Below are positions 18,260 through 27,158 of a DNA stretch of 64,000 bases, piece after piece. The position numbers and the translations under genes are program-made. The DNA comes from an uncultured Actinomycetes bacterium (lineage in GTDB: Bacteria > Actinomycetota > Thermoleophilia > UBA2241). Positions within the stretch are counted from its first letter, which is position 1, and every line of letters starts with the position of its first letter. The notes beneath the pieces are model-generated. The model was not told where the DNA came from. It did not search any database and worked only from the letters and a program-made list of their open reading frames with translations. The stretch spans positions 54,950-118,949 of the forward strand of contig CAWAPD010000002.1 of NCBI GenBank assembly GCA_963783865.1, given 5' to 3'.

Positions 18260-19621
18260 TCACGCGCCCCCGGCCAGCGTGGCGTGCATGGCGCGGGCCG
18301 CCCTGCGGCCCGCGCCCATCGCGCTGATCACCGTCGCCGCCCCAGTCACCACGTCGCCGCCGGCCCACACCCGCTCGCGCGAGGTCAGCCCAGTCTCCTC
18401 GTCGGCGACGATGTTGCCCCGCCGGCCCACGTCGAGTCCCGGCGTGGTCATCGGGATCAGCGGGTTGGGGCTGTTGCCGATGGCGCAGACCGACGCGTCC
18501 ATCTCCATGACGAACTCCGAGCCGGGAATCTCGATGGGGCGCCGGCGGCCCGAGTCGTCGGGCTCGCCCAGCTCCATGCGGCGACACTCCACGCCGGTCA
18601 GCCAGCCACTCTCGCCGATCAGCTGCACCGGCAAGGTGAGGAGGTCGAAGATCACGCCCTCCTCCTCGGCGTTCTCGACCTCCTCGGCGCGCGCCGGCAG
18701 CTCGGCCTTGCCCCGCCGGTAAACGATGTGGACCTCGTCGGCGCCCAGGCGCAGGGCCGTGCGGGCCGAGTCCATGGCCACGTTGCCGCCGCCGAACACC
18801 GCCACCCGCGCCGAGCGCTTGAGCGGCGTGTCGAAGGCGGGGAAGCGGAAGCCGCGCATCAGGTTGCAGCGGGTCAGGTACTCGTTGGCGGAGTAGACAC
18901 CGTTCAGGTTCTCACCGGGGATCTCCAGGAACCACGGCAGCCCTGCGCCGGCGCCGACGAACACGCCATCGAACGACTCCACCAGCGCATCGATCGTGCG
19001 TGTCTTGCCGACCACGAAGTCGAGGCGCAGGTCGACCCCGAGGCTGCGCACGTACGACACCTCGCGACGCACGATCGCCTTGGGCAGGCGGAACTCGGGG
19101 ATGCCGTAGGTGAGCACGCCGCCGGCCTCGTGCAGGGCCTCGAACATCGTCACCTCGTAGCCCTTGAGCGCGAGGTCGGCGGCCACGGTGATGCCCGCCG
19201 GCCCCGACCCGACGATGGCGATACGCAGGCCGTTGAGGGGCGGGAGAGGCGGAGCCTCTCCCGCCCCGTCCTCCGCCTCGTGGTCGGCGACGAACCGCTC
19301 CAGCCGGCCGACCGCCACCGGGTCCCCTTTCTTGCTCAGCAGGCAGTTGCGCTCGCACTGCTCTTCCTGCGGACAGACGCGGCCGCAGACGGCCGGCAGC
19401 GCGTTCGTCTCCTTGACCTTGCGGGCGGCGGCGGCGAACTCGCCGTCGGCGACCAGGCCGATGAAGCCGGGGATGTCGATGCCGACGGGACAGCCCTCGA
19501 CGCAGCCCGGCTTCTTGCAGCCCAGGCAGCGTCCGGCCTCCTCGCGCGCCAGTTCCGGCGTGTAGCCCAGCGCCACCTCGTCGAAGTTGCGCACGCGCTC
19601 GAACGGCTCCTGCTTGGGCAT
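18260..19621 (-). CDS. nfnB: NfnB/SudA/GltD-like NADPH-dependent oxidoreductase (2x[4Fe-4S] + FAD)
   Basis: 'CLGCKKPGCVEGCP' and 'CGRVCPQEEQCERNC'. Dinucleotide folds 'IVGSGPAGITVA' and 'VFGGGNVAMD'. Start at ATG 19621 (MPKQEPF). Confidence 0.88.
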   Translation of the reverse strand: MPKQEPFERVRNFDEVALGYTPELAREEAGRCLGCKKPGCVEGCPVGIDIPGFIGLVADGEFAAAARKVKETNALPAVCGRVCPQEEQCERNCLLSKKGDPVAVGRLERFVADHEAEDGAGEAPPLPPLNGLRIAIVGSGPAGITVAADLALKGYEVTMFEALHEAGGVLTYGIPEFRLPKAIVRREVSYVRSLGVDLRLDFVVGKTRTIDALVESFDGVFVGAGAGLPWFLEIPGENLNGVYSANEYLTRCNLMRGFRFPAFDTPLKRSARVAVFGGGNVAMDSARTALRLGADEVHIVYRRGKAELPARAEEVENAEEEGVIFDLLTLPVQLIGESGWLTGVECRRMELGEPDDSGRRRPIEIPGSEFVMEMDASVCAIGNSPNPLIPMTTPGLDVGRRGNIVADEETGLTSRERVWAGGDVVTGAATVISAMGAGRRAARAMHATLAGGA

Positions 19622-19662
19622 CGGGCGTCTGACGTAGTCGACGGGGCTCACGTTCGCCGCTC

Positions 19663-20496
19663 CTAGAAGTGCGACGTGCAGCCGCTGCGGTGCAGCGGCT
19701 CCACCTCTTCGGCGCTGTAGCCCTCGCGGCGGGCGAGGAACTCCTCCCAGTCCACCTCGTGGCCGTCGAACTCGGGCCCATCCACGCAGGCGAACTTCGT
19801 CTCTCCGGCGACCGTCAGACGGCAGACGCCGCACATGCCGGTGCCGTCGATCATGATCGGGTTCATGCTGACGATCGTCTTGACGCCGAGCGGCTCGGTC
19901 TGGCGCGCCACGGTCATCATCTGGAAGGTGCAGCCGTGGACGATGACGCGGTCGGGCTGCACGTCTTCGAGAGCGAGGATCTCGGCCAGGCGGCTGACGT
20001 GCCCTTTGTAACCGCGGCTGCCGTCGCGGGTGACGACGATGACCCGCTCGCACACCTCGGCCAGGCGGTCCTCCCAGTAGAGCAGGTACGAGCTGCGCGC
20101 CTCGATCAGCGCCACCACGCGGTTGCCGGCGGCCCTCAGCGCGCGGGCGATCGGCAGGATGCTGCCGATGCCGTAGCAGCCGCCGACCACGAGCACCGCG
20201 CCGAAGCGGTCGATCTCGGTCGGGTTGCCGAGCGGGCCCGCGTAGGAGGGTACCTCGTCGCCGCCCTTCAGCCGCGCCAGCTTGGCCGTCGAGGCGCCGA
20301 CCTGCACGAACACCGAGCTGACCGTGCCGGCACTCACGTCGGTGTCGGCGATCGTCAACGGGATCCGCTCCCCCTGCTCGTCCGGGCGCAGGATCACGAA
20401 GTTGCCCGGCAGCGCCGACTCGGCGACCTCGGGCGCCCGCACGGTCAGCAGGTGGACGTTGGGGACGAGCATGCGCCGCTCAACGACCGGGACCAC
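19663..20496 (-). CDS. nfnA: NfnA/SudB/PyrK-like FAD/[2Fe-2S] subunit
   Basis: 'RIPLTIAD', 'VVGGCYGIG' and the C-terminal cluster 'GTGMCGVCR..KFACVDGPEF'. Confidence 0.88.
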   Translation of the reverse strand: MVPVVERRMLVPNVHLLTVRAPEVAESALPGNFVILRPDEQGERIPLTIADTDVSAGTVSSVFVQVGASTAKLARLKGGDEVPSYAGPLGNPTEIDRFGAVLVVGGCYGIGSILPIARALRAAGNRVVALIEARSSYLLYWEDRLAEVCERVIVVTRDGSRGYKGHVSRLAEILALEDVQPDRVIVHGCTFQMMTVARQTEPLGVKTIVSMNPIMIDGTGMCGVCRLTVAGETKFACVDGPEFDGHEVDWEEFLARREGYSAEEVEPLHRSGCTSHF

Positions 20497-22903
20497 GGGC
20501 GCCTCCCTTCGAGATCCGCGCCCTGACCGGCGCCGTCCCGAACCCGGCGCCCTCGGCGCCGGCCAGGTAGGCGGCGCCCCGGGGGCACCCGGGATCGGGC
20601 CGCGCGGCGAAGACCGCGGCGCGGCCCTCGACCTTGACGGTCACCGGGTCGTCCGGTCCGACGCCCAGCCGCGCCAGGTCGTCGGGGTTCAGGCGCACGC
20701 CATCCTCGAGACGGAGCTCGTCGAGGCCCTCGACCACGGCGGCAAGGTCGATGCCGCGATGACGGAAGGCGCCGTGCTCGGGCACCAGGACGAAGCGGCC
20801 CGCGCCCGCGACGGCGCTCGCCGGCGCCGTGTCCGGCGGGCTGCCGAACGGCGTCATGCGGCGCGGCGCCCGGTCGCCCTCGGCCGGCCGGCCCGGTACC
20901 TCGGCGCGCATCGCCCTGCGGACCCCGGTGACGCTGGCGAAGCCCGCGCCGCGCCGCTTCAGGCGCCGCGCGAGCTCCGCGAAGACCCACCAGTCGGGGC
21001 GGACGGAGCCGGCGGCCGCGCCCCCGGCGGGCCTTCCGGAAGCGGCCCGCTCCACCCCGACCAGCTCCTGGACGCGCCCCTCGATGCTGGTGAGCGTACC
21101 GTCGGCCTCGGCGAACGAGGCCGCCGGCAGGAACACGTCGACGTCGAAGGGCGGCAGGTAGAGGTCCTGGGCGATCACGACCTCGGCCTCGGGTCGCGTG
21201 GCGAAAGGCGTTTCGCCGACAAGGTAGAGGACGCGGGGGTGCTGCCCGGCCTGGAGCCGGCCGAGCGTGAAACCGGAGCCTTCGCCCGGCCGGGGGCCGG
21301 GCAGCACCCCCGCGAGCGCGCCCAGCTCCAGCGCGCCGCGGGTGTTGGCGCCGTGGACCAGCGGTAGGACGGTCACGCCGTCGCGAGCGGCGACGGCCAG
21401 CAGGGCGGCCGCCAGATCCTGCGCGCCGGGGCACTCGAAGACGCGCGGCCCGGCGACGACCGCCAGCGTGCCGTCGCCGCCCCACGCGCGCACCTCGTCG
21501 GTCAACGCCGTCGCCTCGCCGCCCGGCGCGGTGCGCCGCCAGCGATGGGCCATGCGCGCCAAGTTCGATTCGCGGGCGTCGACGGCGACCAGGGTGGCGC
21601 CGCGCCGCAGGGCGCGGCGCACCTGTACCCCCACGACCGAGAACGAGAAGCGCGTGTCGAGACCGGCGACCAGCACCGTGTCGGCGACGGCGACGGCCCC
21701 AATCGAGACGGGCAGCGAGAAGAGGTGCGACCACAGCGCCGGCCCACCGGGCAGCGACCGGCGGGCGCTTGAGTCGATGCCCTCCGACCCGAGTCCGGCG
21801 CGCACGAGGCGCTGGGCGGCGTAGAGGCCCTCGTTCGACAGGTCGCCCGAGACGAGCGCCAGGAGCTCGTCGGGGGCGACCCGCCCGAGAGCGAGGGCCG
21901 CCGCGCCCAGCGCCTCGTCCCAGTCCACGACCCGGAAGTAGCCCCCTTTGCGCAGCATCGGCTTGCGCGCCCGCGCATAGTGGTGGGTCGCCTCGGGCAG
22001 GCAGAACCGCCCGCGCACGCAGAGCTGGCCGTCGTTGATCTCGGGGTCGGGCGCTCCTCGCGCGGCCGACAGCCGGGCGTCGCCGTGGGCGAGCTCCAGG
22101 CGGCATCCCAGACCGCAGAACGGGCAGGTCGAGGTCTCGACGCCGTCCGGCCTGCCATCCCACTTCGAGACCTTGTCGGCCAGCGCCCCCGTCGGGCAGA
22201 CCGACACGCAGGCGCCGCAGAACTCGCAGCCGGCGTCGACGTGCGAGGTGCCGAACGCCGGGCCGATCAGGGCCCGGCGCCCCCGGTACTTGAACGCCAG
22301 CACCGAGGTGCCGCGCACCTCGTGGCACATCCGCACGCAGCGCCCGCAGAGGATGCAGAGGTTGTAGTCGCGGTCGAAGAACGGGTCGTCGTGCTCGGCC
22401 TCCAGGCCCCTGTAGGTGACCGGGAACTCGATCTCCTCGAGTCCCACGAGGTCGACCACGTGCTGCAGCTCGCACTCACCGTCGTTGGGACAGCTGCGAC
22501 AGCCGGTCGTGACGCCGGCCTTGCGGATGGTGGTCAAGCTGCGCCGGCAGTCGTCCTGCTCGCCGCAGAACAGGCAGCTCGAGGGATGCTCCGACAGGAT
22601 CAGGCTGAGCACGTCCCGGCGCAGCTCGCGCAGCTCCTCGGTGTCGGTCGTCACCTCCATGCCGTGGGTCACCTCGGTGCTGCAGGCCAGCGGATGCCCG
22701 CGCATCCCCTCGATCTCCACGGCGCACAGCCGGCAGCCGCCGAACGGCGACAGCTCCTCGTGCGAGCAGAGCGAGGGGATGTCGATCCCGGCGCGCTCCG
22801 CCGCCGCGAGCACCGTCGTCCCCTCCGGGACCGACACGTGGTGACCATCGACGCGCACGCGCGCCAGACGGGTGGCGGTCCCCGTGGCCGGCTCAGCGCG
22901 CAT
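20480..22903 (-). CDS. NuoG/FdhA-like Fe-S + molybdopterin-oxidoreductase-fold subunit (active-site Cys/Sec replaced by Ser)
   Basis: N-terminal [2Fe-2S] 'CSHEELSPFGGCRLC'. His/Cys cluster and two CxxCxxCxxxCP-type clusters. MopB [4Fe-4S] 'CPFCGLGCRL' and 'GQLCVRGRF'. 'IDSSARRSLPGG' aligns to FdhF '[12 protein letters not shown]'. C-terminal beta-barrel domain. Confidence 0.85.
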   Translation of the reverse strand: MRAEPATGTATRLARVRVDGHHVSVPEGTTVLAAAERAGIDIPSLCSHEELSPFGGCRLCAVEIEGMRGHPLACSTEVTHGMEVTTDTEELRELRRDVLSLILSEHPSSCLFCGEQDDCRRSLTTIRKAGVTTGCRSCPNDGECELQHVVDLVGLEEIEFPVTYRGLEAEHDDPFFDRDYNLCILCGRCVRMCHEVRGTSVLAFKYRGRRALIGPAFGTSHVDAGCEFCGACVSVCPTGALADKVSKWDGRPDGVETSTCPFCGLGCRLELAHGDARLSAARGAPDPEINDGQLCVRGRFCLPEATHHYARARKPMLRKGGYFRVVDWDEALGAAALALGRVAPDELLALVSGDLSNEGLYAAQRLVRAGLGSEGIDSSARRSLPGGPALWSHLFSLPVSIGAVAVADTVLVAGLDTRFSFSVVGVQVRRALRRGATLVAVDARESNLARMAHRWRRTAPGGEATALTDEVRAWGGDGTLAVVAGPRVFECPGAQDLAAALLAVAARDGVTVLPLVHGANTRGALELGALAGVLPGPRPGEGSGFTLGRLQAGQHPRVLYLVGETPFATRPEAEVVIAQDLYLPPFDVDVFLPAASFAEADGTLTSIEGRVQELVGVERAASGRPAGGAAAGSVRPDWWVFAELARRLKRRGAGFASVTGVRRAMRAEVPGRPAEGDRAPRRMTPFGSPPDTAPASAVAGAGRFVLVPEHGAFRHRGIDLAAVVEGLDELRLEDGVRLNPDDLARLGVGPDDPVTVKVEGRAAVFAARPDPGCPRGAAYLAGAEGAGFGTAPVRARISKGGARGPGR

Positions 22904-24791
22904 GGCGGCCTCTCGACTCGATGACGATGGCGTCGCCGGCGATCGCGTCGAAGCGGCAGACCTCGTAGCACGAGCGGCACTTGATGCACTTCTCGGTGTC
23001 GACGTTGTGCGCCTCGGCCCGCGGCCCCGTGATGGCGCCGGTCGGGCACACCTGCACGCAGCGCTGGCAGCCGGTGCAGCGGCCGGGGATGATGCGATAC
23101 ACGACGAGGTCGCGGCAGACCACCGCGCGACACCGCTTCTGCTCGATGTGCTCCAGGAACTCGTCGCGGAAGTAGCGCAGCGACGAGAGCACCGGGTTGG
23201 GCGCCGTCTGCCCGAGGCCACAAAGGGAGCTGGCCTTGACGACGCGGGACAGCCGCTCGAGGCGGTCCAGGTCGGCCAGCTCGCCCTTGCCGGTGCAGAT
23301 CCGGTCGAGGATGTCGACGAGGTGCCCCGTGCCCACGCGGCAGGGGGCGCACTTGCCGCACGATTCGTCCTGCGTGAACTGAAGGAAGAAGCGGGCGAAG
23401 TCGACCATGCAGGTGGAGTCGTCGACCACGACCATGCCGCCGGACCCCATCATCGACCCCGCCGCGGCGAGGCTCTCGTAGTCGATCGGATCGTCGAGCA
23501 ACTCGGCGGGCAGGCAGCCTCCGGAGGGTCCGCCGAGCTGCACCGCCTTGAACTCGCGGCCGGGCAGCATGCCGCCGCCGATCTCGAAGATGACGTGGCG
23601 GAGCGTGGCGCCCATCGGTACCTCGACCAAGCCGCCGTTGGCCACCTTGCCAGTCAGCGAGAAGATCTTGGTCCCCTGTGAGGACGAGGTGCCCTCCGCC
23701 GCGAACGCCTCCGCGCCATGGTTGATGATCCAGGGTACGTTGGCGTAGGTCTCGACGTTGTTGATGTTGGTCGGCTTGCCGAACAGGCCTTCCACCGCCG
23801 GGTAGGGCGGGCGCGTACGAGGCATCCCGCGACGGCCCTCGATGCTCGCCATCAGGGCCGTTTCCTCGCCGCACACGAACGCGCCCGCCCCCTCGGCGAT
23901 GGTGACGTCGAAGGCGAAGTTCGTGCCGAGCACGCGGTCGCCGAGGATGCCGCGCTCGCGCGCCTGCTCGATCGCCCGCCGCAGGCGGTCCACCGCGAAC
24001 TGATACTCGTGTCGAACGTAGATGTAGCCCCGTTGAGCGCCGATGGCGAAGGCGGCTACGATCATGCCCTCGAGCACGACGTGCGGATCGCCTTCGAGGA
24101 CCGAGCGGTCCATGAAGGCCCCGGGGTCGCCCTCGTCGGCGTTGCAGATGATGTACTTGACGTCGCCCGGGCTCGAGCGGGCGAAGCCCCACTTGGTCCC
24201 CGTCTTGAACCCCGCGCCGCCGCGGCCGCGCAGGCCCGACTCGGTGATCGTCTCGATGACGTCCTCGGGATCGTCGTCGGTCAGCACCCGTGCCAGGGCC
24301 TCGTAGCCGCCGTGTCCCAGGTAGTCGTCGATGGAGTAGGGGTCGATCCTGCCGTTCAGCGCGAGCACGCGCCGGCGCTGCCCCACGTAGAACGGGATGT
24401 CCTTCTCACGGGCGACGCGCTGCTTGCTGGCCGGGTCTTTGTAGAGGCGCGGCTGATAGACACCGTCGCCCACAACGCTCGCCTCGACGATCTTCGGGAC
24501 GTCCTCGGGCCGCACGTGCGGATAGAACACGCCGGCCGGCCAGAGCACGACGATCGGCCCTTGCTCGCAGAACCCGTGGCAGCCGGTCTCGATCAGGCGA
24601 TGCGTGCCGTCGAGGCCGCGGGCCGCGATCTCGTCGCGGAACGCGGCCGTCACGGCCGGACGCCCGGAGGCGTGGCACGCGGTGCCGGCGCAGATGCGGA
24701 TCTCCGAGCGCGCGTCGTCGGTGACGTAGGCGCGAGGGTCACGCGCCCGCGCGAGCGCCTCCCCGACGCCGGCGACGACGGTCGCGGCCAT
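22893..24791 (-). CDS. NuoF/HydB/HoxF-like NAD(H)-FMN subunit with N-terminal Trx-like [2Fe-2S] and C-terminal 2x[4Fe-4S] domains
   Basis: 'CAGTACHASG..GCHGFCEQGP', 'GLRGRGGAGFKTGTKW', 'ICNADEGDPGAFMDR', 'ESCGKCAPCR', 'SLCGLGQTAP', and C-terminal 'CTGCQRCVQVCP' and 'CIKCRSCYEVC'. Confidence 0.92.
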   Translation of the reverse strand: MAATVVAGVGEALARARDPRAYVTDDARSEIRICAGTACHASGRPAVTAAFRDEIAARGLDGTHRLIETGCHGFCEQGPIVVLWPAGVFYPHVRPEDVPKIVEASVVGDGVYQPRLYKDPASKQRVAREKDIPFYVGQRRRVLALNGRIDPYSIDDYLGHGGYEALARVLTDDDPEDVIETITESGLRGRGGAGFKTGTKWGFARSSPGDVKYIICNADEGDPGAFMDRSVLEGDPHVVLEGMIVAAFAIGAQRGYIYVRHEYQFAVDRLRRAIEQARERGILGDRVLGTNFAFDVTIAEGAGAFVCGEETALMASIEGRRGMPRTRPPYPAVEGLFGKPTNINNVETYANVPWIINHGAEAFAAEGTSSSQGTKIFSLTGKVANGGLVEVPMGATLRHVIFEIGGGMLPGREFKAVQLGGPSGGCLPAELLDDPIDYESLAAAGSMMGSGGMVVVDDSTCMVDFARFFLQFTQDESCGKCAPCRVGTGHLVDILDRICTGKGELADLDRLERLSRVVKASSLCGLGQTAPNPVLSSLRYFRDEFLEHIEQKRCRAVVCRDLVVYRIIPGRCTGCQRCVQVCPTGAITGPRAEAHNVDTEKCIKCRSCYEVCRFDAIAGDAIVIESRGRHAR

Positions 24792-25315
24792 CAGGCCGGC
24801 CCGAGGTCGGGAGCGCCGGCATCGAGCATCTCCTGCAGCCTGAGCACGCTCATCTGGCCGTGGATGTCGTCGTCCACCGTCACGACCGGCGCCAGCGCGC
24901 AGCAGCCGAGACAGGCGACGCGTTCGACGTCGTACTCCCCGTCCTCCGTCGTCCCGCCGGGTGTCACGCCGAGGCGCCGTTCCAGGGTCTCGAGCATCTG
25001 CACGCCGCCCTTGACGTGGCAGGCGGTGCCCAGGCAGACGCGCAGGTGGTGGCGGCCCGGCGGCGTGAAACGGAACTGAGCGTAGAAGCTGGCGACCCCG
25101 AAGACCTCGTTCTCCGACAGACGCAGCCACCGCGCGATGCGGAGCAGCGTGTCGGGAGCGAGGTAGCCGAGCGCCTCCTGGGCGCGCTGGAGGACCGGGA
25201 CCAGGTCGGAGGGCTCGCCGTGTGGGCCTTGCAGGATCCCATCCCAAGGGTCCGGCGGCGCCGGGGGGCGCCTACGGGCGCCCCGCGGCGCCGCCACACT
25301 GGGCGACCGGGTCAT
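24791..25315 (-). CDS. NuoE/HydC/HoxE-like thioredoxin-fold [2Fe-2S] subunit
   Basis: 'FYAQFRF..PGRHHLRVCLGTACHVKG' and 'ERVACLGCCALAP'. The stop overlaps the next start (ATGA). Confidence 0.9.
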   Translation of the reverse strand: MTRSPSVAAPRGARRRPPAPPDPWDGILQGPHGEPSDLVPVLQRAQEALGYLAPDTLLRIARWLRLSENEVFGVASFYAQFRFTPPGRHHLRVCLGTACHVKGGVQMLETLERRLGVTPGGTTEDGEYDVERVACLGCCALAPVVTVDDDIHGQMSVLRLQEMLDAGAPDLGPA

Positions 25316-25321
25316 CTCCGC

Positions 25322-26407
25322 CTACTTCGAGACCGTCAGGTGCCGCGCGATGTCGACGTACTTCTCGTGCACGCCGGCGATGATGTCCTGCGACTCCATC
25401 GAGGTGTACGCCTGTTCCAGCTCCTCGAGGTCCCGCTGGGTGAGCACGTGGCTGACCATCGGGAAGACGATCGTCTCCTCGAGCTCGATGTGGCGACGCA
25501 TCTCGACGATGTAGGCCCCCAGCTCGTTGTAGAACTCGGCGCCGGGACTGGTGCCCGACTCGCGCGCCTTCTGGAGCCGCTGCTCGATCGAGTCGAACCG
25601 GGCCGACAGGGTGTCGTGATACTCGTTCATCTCGGCCAGCTCGCCTTCGTCCATGTTCACCCCGCGCTGGCCGAGCTTCGCGTAGAGCAGCTGCGCCTCC
25701 TTAGGCACGTGGCACTCGCGCGTGTAGAAGTGCAGGAAGTCGACCAGCTCGTCGAGCTTCTCGAGGTCGACGTCGTCGCCGCGGCGGATGGCGGCCACTT
25801 CGCGCTCGGCCGCGGCGAGCACCTCGAGCAGGACCTTGTGCTCCTTCTGCAGGGTCTCGGTGGGGCGGCCGACGAGCAGGTGCGCGAGTTCGGAGTACCT
25901 GTCGTGCACCCCCTCGGCCGCCTCGGCGGCGTCCTCCGACCCGAAAGCCTCTTCGAGCGCCTCCTGGTCCTCGTCGGTGAGCAGCCCGTTGGCGAGCGTG
26001 AACAGCAGTTCCTCCTCGCGCATCACGTGCGAGCGCATGAGGTCGAGGTAGTCCGTGAGCAGGTCGGCGAGCTCAGCCGGCGGCAGCGGCCCCTCCTTCT
26101 TGTCGCGCCGCAGCCAGTGCTCGACGTCGCGCAGCCGCGCCGTAAGCTCCCGGTGTTCGCGGATGAACTGGGCCAGGATGCCGCTGTCGGCGGGCAGGCC
26201 GCGCACCTGGAGGCGCGCGAACAGGTAGCGTTCCTCCTTGGGGTCGTGGCAGGCCTCGGCGAAGAACTCGAAGAAATCGACGACCTCGCCGACTTCCTCG
26301 GCCCGGTACTCCCCGGTGTCGTGGATGTACCTGACTTCCTGTTCAGCGGCCTTGGTGACGCGGAGCACGAGCGCATGCTCCTTGGCCAGGGTGTCAGTCG
26401 GTCGCAT
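25322..26407 (-). CDS. Tandem (two-domain) hemerythrin HHE cation-binding protein
   Basis: Two homologous halves, each with 'L.KEH..(V)L' ... 'FF..(E)CH.PKEE..L(F/Y)A(R/K)L' ... 'H...EE...FP/F'. Its stop lies 6 nt before the NuoE-like start. Confidence 0.85.
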   Translation of the reverse strand: MRPTDTLAKEHALVLRVTKAAEQEVRYIHDTGEYRAEEVGEVVDFFEFFAEACHDPKEERYLFARLQVRGLPADSGILAQFIREHRELTARLRDVEHWLRRDKKEGPLPPAELADLLTDYLDLMRSHVMREEELLFTLANGLLTDEDQEALEEAFGSEDAAEAAEGVHDRYSELAHLLVGRPTETLQKEHKVLLEVLAAAEREVAAIRRGDDVDLEKLDELVDFLHFYTRECHVPKEAQLLYAKLGQRGVNMDEGELAEMNEYHDTLSARFDSIEQRLQKARESGTSPGAEFYNELGAYIVEMRRHIELEETIVFPMVSHVLTQRDLEELEQAYTSMESQDIIAGVHEKYVDIARHLTVSK

Positions 26408-26683
26408 GGCCGCCTCCCTGCTCGTGATGCACGGACCCATGCGCGCCTGCCGTCGTCTGGCTCCTGGGCGACGGCGAAGCGCACGTCGTGTTGCCGAAGC
26501 TGCGTCGAGGCTCTGGGAGACCCTGTCCTCGTGCTCGGCCGCCTCCCCCATGTGACGGCCCGCACAACCAAGGATACCCCCGCATGCTTCGAGGTCAACA
26601 GGCTCGCCCGGCCATACGTTGTTCGCGCAGGCGTCGCAGCGGGTAGGCAGCGCCCAGCGCAGGCGACGACGGCGAGGTGTCCC

Positions 26684-27100
26684 ATGACGAAGATCCCGAG
26701 CGAGCTCAGAGACCTCCTTTCCGGGGGCCATAACGTGTGGGTGGCGACGGTCGCCCCCGACGGCACCCCCAACGTCTCGATCAAGGGCAGCGGCGCCCTT
26801 CTCGACGACGAGCACCTCTACTTCGCCGACATGTTCAGCCACAAGACGCGCGAGAACCTGGAACACGACCCGCGCGTGGCGGTCGGCATCCACGACCCCG
26901 ACCGCAAGCTCGCGATGCAGGTCAAGGGCACCGCCGAGCTGATCGACCACGGCGACGTCTTCGACCAGGTCAACGAGAAACTGCGAGCCATCAGCGAGGA
27001 GCTCCACCTGCCGCCGATGAAGTACGTGGTGCGCATCGCGGTCGAGTCGGTCTGGGACATGGGTCCGGGACCGCACGCCGGCGACCGCGTCGAGAGCTGA
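26684..27100 (+). CDS. Pyridoxamine 5'-phosphate oxidase-family flavin/deazaflavin-binding protein
   Basis: 'VWVATVAPDGTPNVSIKGS..DDEHLYFADMFSHKTRENL' is a typical split-barrel PNPOx-like sequence. Only the last 138 codons of the 746-aa track ORF are credible. Confidence 0.75.
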   Translation: MTKIPSELRDLLSGGHNVWVATVAPDGTPNVSIKGSGALLDDEHLYFADMFSHKTRENLEHDPRVAVGIHDPDRKLAMQVKGTAELIDHGDVFDQVNEKLRAISEELHLPPMKYVVRIAVESVWDMGPGPHAGDRVES

Positions 27101-27106
27101 GGCGGG

Positions 27107-27146
27107 CGCGAGGGCGGGGCGGGCGCACGCCCGCCCCGCCCTCGCG
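27107..27146 (+). terminator. Perfect GC-rich hairpin (19-bp arms)
   Basis: CGCGAGGGCGGGGCGGGCG-CA-CGCCCGCCCCGCCCTCGCG, 7 nt after the stop. Confidence 0.6.
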
Positions 27147-27158
27147 TATGATGCGCGC

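Noticed and set aside
20445-22475. 676-aa and other long alternative-frame ORFs (e.g. 945-2339, 22669-24192, 24860-26683, 29700-31310, 60782-62830)
   Set aside because: All are off-frame or antisense to genes with clear family motifs. They are rich in Arg/Pro/Gly and lack SD-start configurations.
20480-22903. Calling the MopB subunit a formate dehydrogenase alpha subunit (fdhA/fdsA)
   Set aside because: The Sec/Cys-His catalytic dyad position reads Ser-Leu (IDSSARRSLPGG). It is kept as NuoG/FdhA-like with unknown or no catalytic function.
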